From a virus (Duplodnaviria > Caudoviricetes): a DNA stretch of 58,381 bases. Positions 56,201 to 58,381 of this stretch are shown piece by piece. The DNA is taken from positions 1-58,381 of the IMG/VR virus record IMGVR_UViG_3300025390_000009. One strand, written 5' to 3'. The position numbers were made by a program, and so were the translations under genes. A model generated the notes under the pieces. That model did not search any database, was not told where the DNA came from, and worked only from the letters and a program-made list of their open reading frames with translations. The stretch's first letter is position 1. Each line of letters starts with the position of its first letter.

Positions 56201-56577
56201 ACAATGAACCAGTAGCGTGGATGTGTAAAGATGATGATGTTATTACAGATAAATTTAAGAAATCAGGTAAAGGTGGTGATTGTTCTGATTACAACATTCC
56301 ACTCTACACCCATCCAGCAAAAGAACTACACCTATCACTTCAAAAAAGTAAAGAAACAGGTGAACTATTAGCCGTTACTTATACAGATGACGAGCATAGG
56401 ATTGTGGAAGTGTTATGGAAAAAACCACCAGAAAAGGCACTAACAGATGAGGAAATAGGCGACTTTACACACCGCATGGTTTTGTGTTGTCAGGTTCACC
56501 CAAGTTCGGCAGACATCAATGTTCTTGGACTTAAGTTTATTGTTGAGGACATACTAAGAAAGGCACAAGAGAAATAA
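56197..56577 (+). CDS. Cassette protein, mosaic (EPVAW, IPLYTHP, insert, LTDEEI, ILRKAQEK)
   Basis: Shares its 5' part with 622-888 and its 3' part with 1-127. Confidence 0.85.
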   Translation: MNNEPVAWMCKDDDVITDKFKKSGKGGDCSDYNIPLYTHPAKELHLSLQKSKETGELLAVTYTDDEHRIVEVLWKKPPEKALTDEEIGDFTHRMVLCCQVHPSSADINVLGLKFIVEDILRKAQEK

Positions 56578-56729
56578 TGGCTACGATAATTCCAGCAAAA
56601 GATGTCGGCAGAGTATTGCTTGATGCTATCAATGAAGCATTGGCAGAAATACCTGATGACAAAACAAAACAGGCGGTGTTAGAAGCATTTAGTAAGCAGA
56701 TGTTTTATGGAAAGGCACAAGAGAAATGA
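56577..56729 (+). CDS. 50-aa cassette protein (MATIIPAK...YGKAQEK)
   Basis: Translated by hand; TAATG overlap; ends in the repeat. Confidence 0.8.
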   Translation: MATIIPAKDVGRVLLDAINEALAEIPDDKTKQAVLEAFSKQMFYGKAQEK

Positions 56730-56896
56730 ACATAGTTTCTAAATGCCGATGTGGGGCTTTACTTGATGTAACTGCTAGCGACATCCCTGCAAGATTTTCA
56801 TTTATAGAGTGGTTGAAACTACATGAAGAATGCCCACAAAAAATGTTTTCATCACATATTGCTTTTAAATATTTAATAAGAAAGGCACAAGAATGA
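56726..56896 (+). CDS. 56-aa cassette protein (CRCG...HEEC; ends IRKAQE)
   Basis: Translated by hand; repeat-to-repeat in frame. Confidence 0.8.
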   Translation: MNIVSKCRCGALLDVTASDIPARFSFIEWLKLHEECPQKMFSSHIAFKYLIRKAQE

Positions 56897-57597
56897 ACGC
56901 AAATGATACAAACAAACTAATTTCAAACATTCAATCCTTTGCTGACAGACTTAGGAATGACGATAGGTCATCCATCATGTTTGAAGCAGACTGGGATACT
57001 TTGATGGAATCCAAAACCATGCTACGCCAACAACAAGTTGAAATAGAATTTCTTAAAAAAGAAATACTCGCAAAGCATGAAGATTGGAAACATGAAGGAC
57101 AGCAAGCCGCTAATGCAAAAGCTGAAAACGAAGCGTTGAAACTAGCTAAAAAAGTAATTCTCAGATACGCAGAACAAGATATTGCAAAATATAGGGCTGA
57201 AGTAGAGAAGTTGAAACAGCAAGTTGGTATATGGGAAAAAGAAGCCATGAACGCAAGAATTAAAATGTCTCTTTATCAAGCTGAAATAGAAGCGTTGAAA
57301 AAACAATTAGCCTTATGGAGATTGTCTAAATCATCTGAGGAGATTGAGCAATCAAACCCTACATCTGTGGGGGGTTTAGATGAACCAGTAGCGTGGATGC
57401 GTAAAGAAGATAAAGATACATTCTTTAGTGCTATTGACCACTCATTAAATAGTAAATGGATTCCGCTTTTTATTCATCCAGCAGACTTAACAGATGAGGA
57501 AATAGCAGAGGTTTATGAGAAATGCGAATGGGCTAGTGGATATGTTTACTGGAAAGAATTTGCTAGAGCAATACTAAGAAAGGCACAAGAGAAATGA
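56893..57597 (+). CDS. Large mosaic cassette protein with coiled coil
   Basis: Contains all shared blocks; ends ILRKAQEK. Confidence 0.85.
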   Translation: MNANDTNKLISNIQSFADRLRNDDRSSIMFEADWDTLMESKTMLRQQQVEIEFLKKEILAKHEDWKHEGQQAANAKAENEALKLAKKVILRYAEQDIAKYRAEVEKLKQQVGIWEKEAMNARIKMSLYQAEIEALKKQLALWRLSKSSEEIEQSNPTSVGGLDEPVAWMRKEDKDTFFSAIDHSLNSKWIPLFIHPADLTDEEIAEVYEKCEWASGYVYWKEFARAILRKAQEK

Positions 57598-57698
57598 TTA
57601 TTTTATTAGCAATAGCTCTATCCATATTCCTAGCTGGATTGTTTCATTACGGAGCAATCATCCATCAAAAAGATATGGAAAAAAGGAGAAGGAAATGA
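57594..57698 (+). CDS. 34-aa hydrophobic cassette micropeptide (MIILLAIALSIFLAGLF...KRRRK)
   Basis: Translated by hand; ATGA overlaps at both ends. Confidence 0.7.
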   Translation: MIILLAIALSIFLAGLFHYGAIIHQKDMEKRRRK

Positions 57699-58276
57699 AT
57701 GCAAATGAACTAGCTGATGAATTGGATAAATTAGAAATAGTTTGTAGACGCCCTTCCGAATTGATAGGAAACGAAACACATGAACAAGCGGCTTTAAGAT
57801 GTAATCCAAATTTAACAATAAAAAAAGAAGCAGCCACCATGCTACGCCAGCAACAAGCTGAAATAGAAGAATTAAAAGCTAAAATGTCGCTCAATAGCTA
57901 CGATGATGTTAAAAATGTCGCTAATCAGCTATTACAAGCTGAAATAGCAAAATTGAAAAAGCAATTAGCTTTATGGAGATTGTCTAAATCATCTAAAAAG
58001 ATTGAACAAGTACCAACAAACCCTACACTTATGGGGGGTTTAGCTGAACCAGTAGCGTGGATAGATAAAAACACAGGCAAGCCAAGAATGGAAGGTTTTA
58101 TTAAAACTGACTACGATATTCCACTCTACACCCATCCCAGCAAAGACTTAACAGATGAGGAAATAGAGGCGTTTGCTTACGCTTTTGAATTGTGGCAGAT
58201 GAACAATCCTGACAAAGTATTAGAAGGCATTATTGATTTTGCTAAAGCAATACTAAAAAAGGCACAAGAGAAATGA
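57695..58276 (+). CDS. Large mosaic cassette protein
   Basis: Contains all shared blocks; ends ILKKAQEK. Confidence 0.85.
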   Translation: MNANELADELDKLEIVCRRPSELIGNETHEQAALRCNPNLTIKKEAATMLRQQQAEIEELKAKMSLNSYDDVKNVANQLLQAEIAKLKKQLALWRLSKSSKKIEQVPTNPTLMGGLAEPVAWIDKNTGKPRMEGFIKTDYDIPLYTHPSKDLTDEEIEAFAYAFELWQMNNPDKVLEGIIDFAKAILKKAQEK

Positions 58277-58381
58277 ATATTCAAATACAAATAGTCAAAG
58301 AACATAAAGATGGGTCAGCAGACGCATTAGTGCATTTTGACGCTGAAGGTCTAGGAGTATTAGTTGAGGCTGGAATTTTAG
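58273..58381 (+). CDS. Partial cassette ORF (MNIQIQIVKEHKDGSADA...), runs off the window
   Basis: Starts at the repeat ATG; open to the window end. Confidence 0.75.
   Translation, partial: MNIQIQIVKEHKDGSADALVHFDAEGLGVLVEAGIL

Larger units (their letters stand above)
55791..58276 (+). repeat. Right part of cassette array: junction repeat copies
   Basis: Copies at 55994 (variant), 56182, 56559 (TAA version), 56711, 56881 (3-nt deletion), 57579 and 58258; degenerate junctions near 55791 and 57680. Confidence 0.93.

Noticed and set aside
55525-58381. Classical integron, shufflon or diversity-generating retroelement
   Set aside because: No tyrosine/serine recombinase or reverse transcriptase was recognised; no attC-like palindromes; all repeats are direct; paralogue differences are not adenine-specific.

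Overview
This window looks like a near-complete genome of a lytic, probably short-tailed dsDNA phage of a Gram-negative host; no integrase, repressor, tRNA or CRISPR array was recognised. The + strand arm (54782-58381 and 1-18010) carries early and replication genes. These include a thymidine-hypermodification set (dUMP hydroxymethylase, two-gene 5-hmdU DNA kinase, amino acid:DNA transferase, PLP enzyme), a family-B DNA polymerase and a Sak4/SSB/Cas4-like/RuvC recombination module. The - strand arm (54511-18011) carries primase-helicase, terminase, portal, capsid, tail, lysis and ejection genes. The most unusual feature is an array of about 18 short gene cassettes at both ends of the window. 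They are joined by a 19-bp repeat, AAAGGCACAAGAGAAATGA, which encodes a shared C-terminus (KAQEK), the stop codon and the next start codon. The cassettes are themselves mosaics of short conserved DNA blocks with swapped variable segments, which suggests a recombinational gene- and domain-shuffling system. Other candidates are a leader-peptide/hairpin switch upstream of the primase, an iteron-like repeat cluster downstream of it, and a recurrent xxxGG motif in head-associated proteins. All family assignments come from motif recognition by eye, not from database searches.
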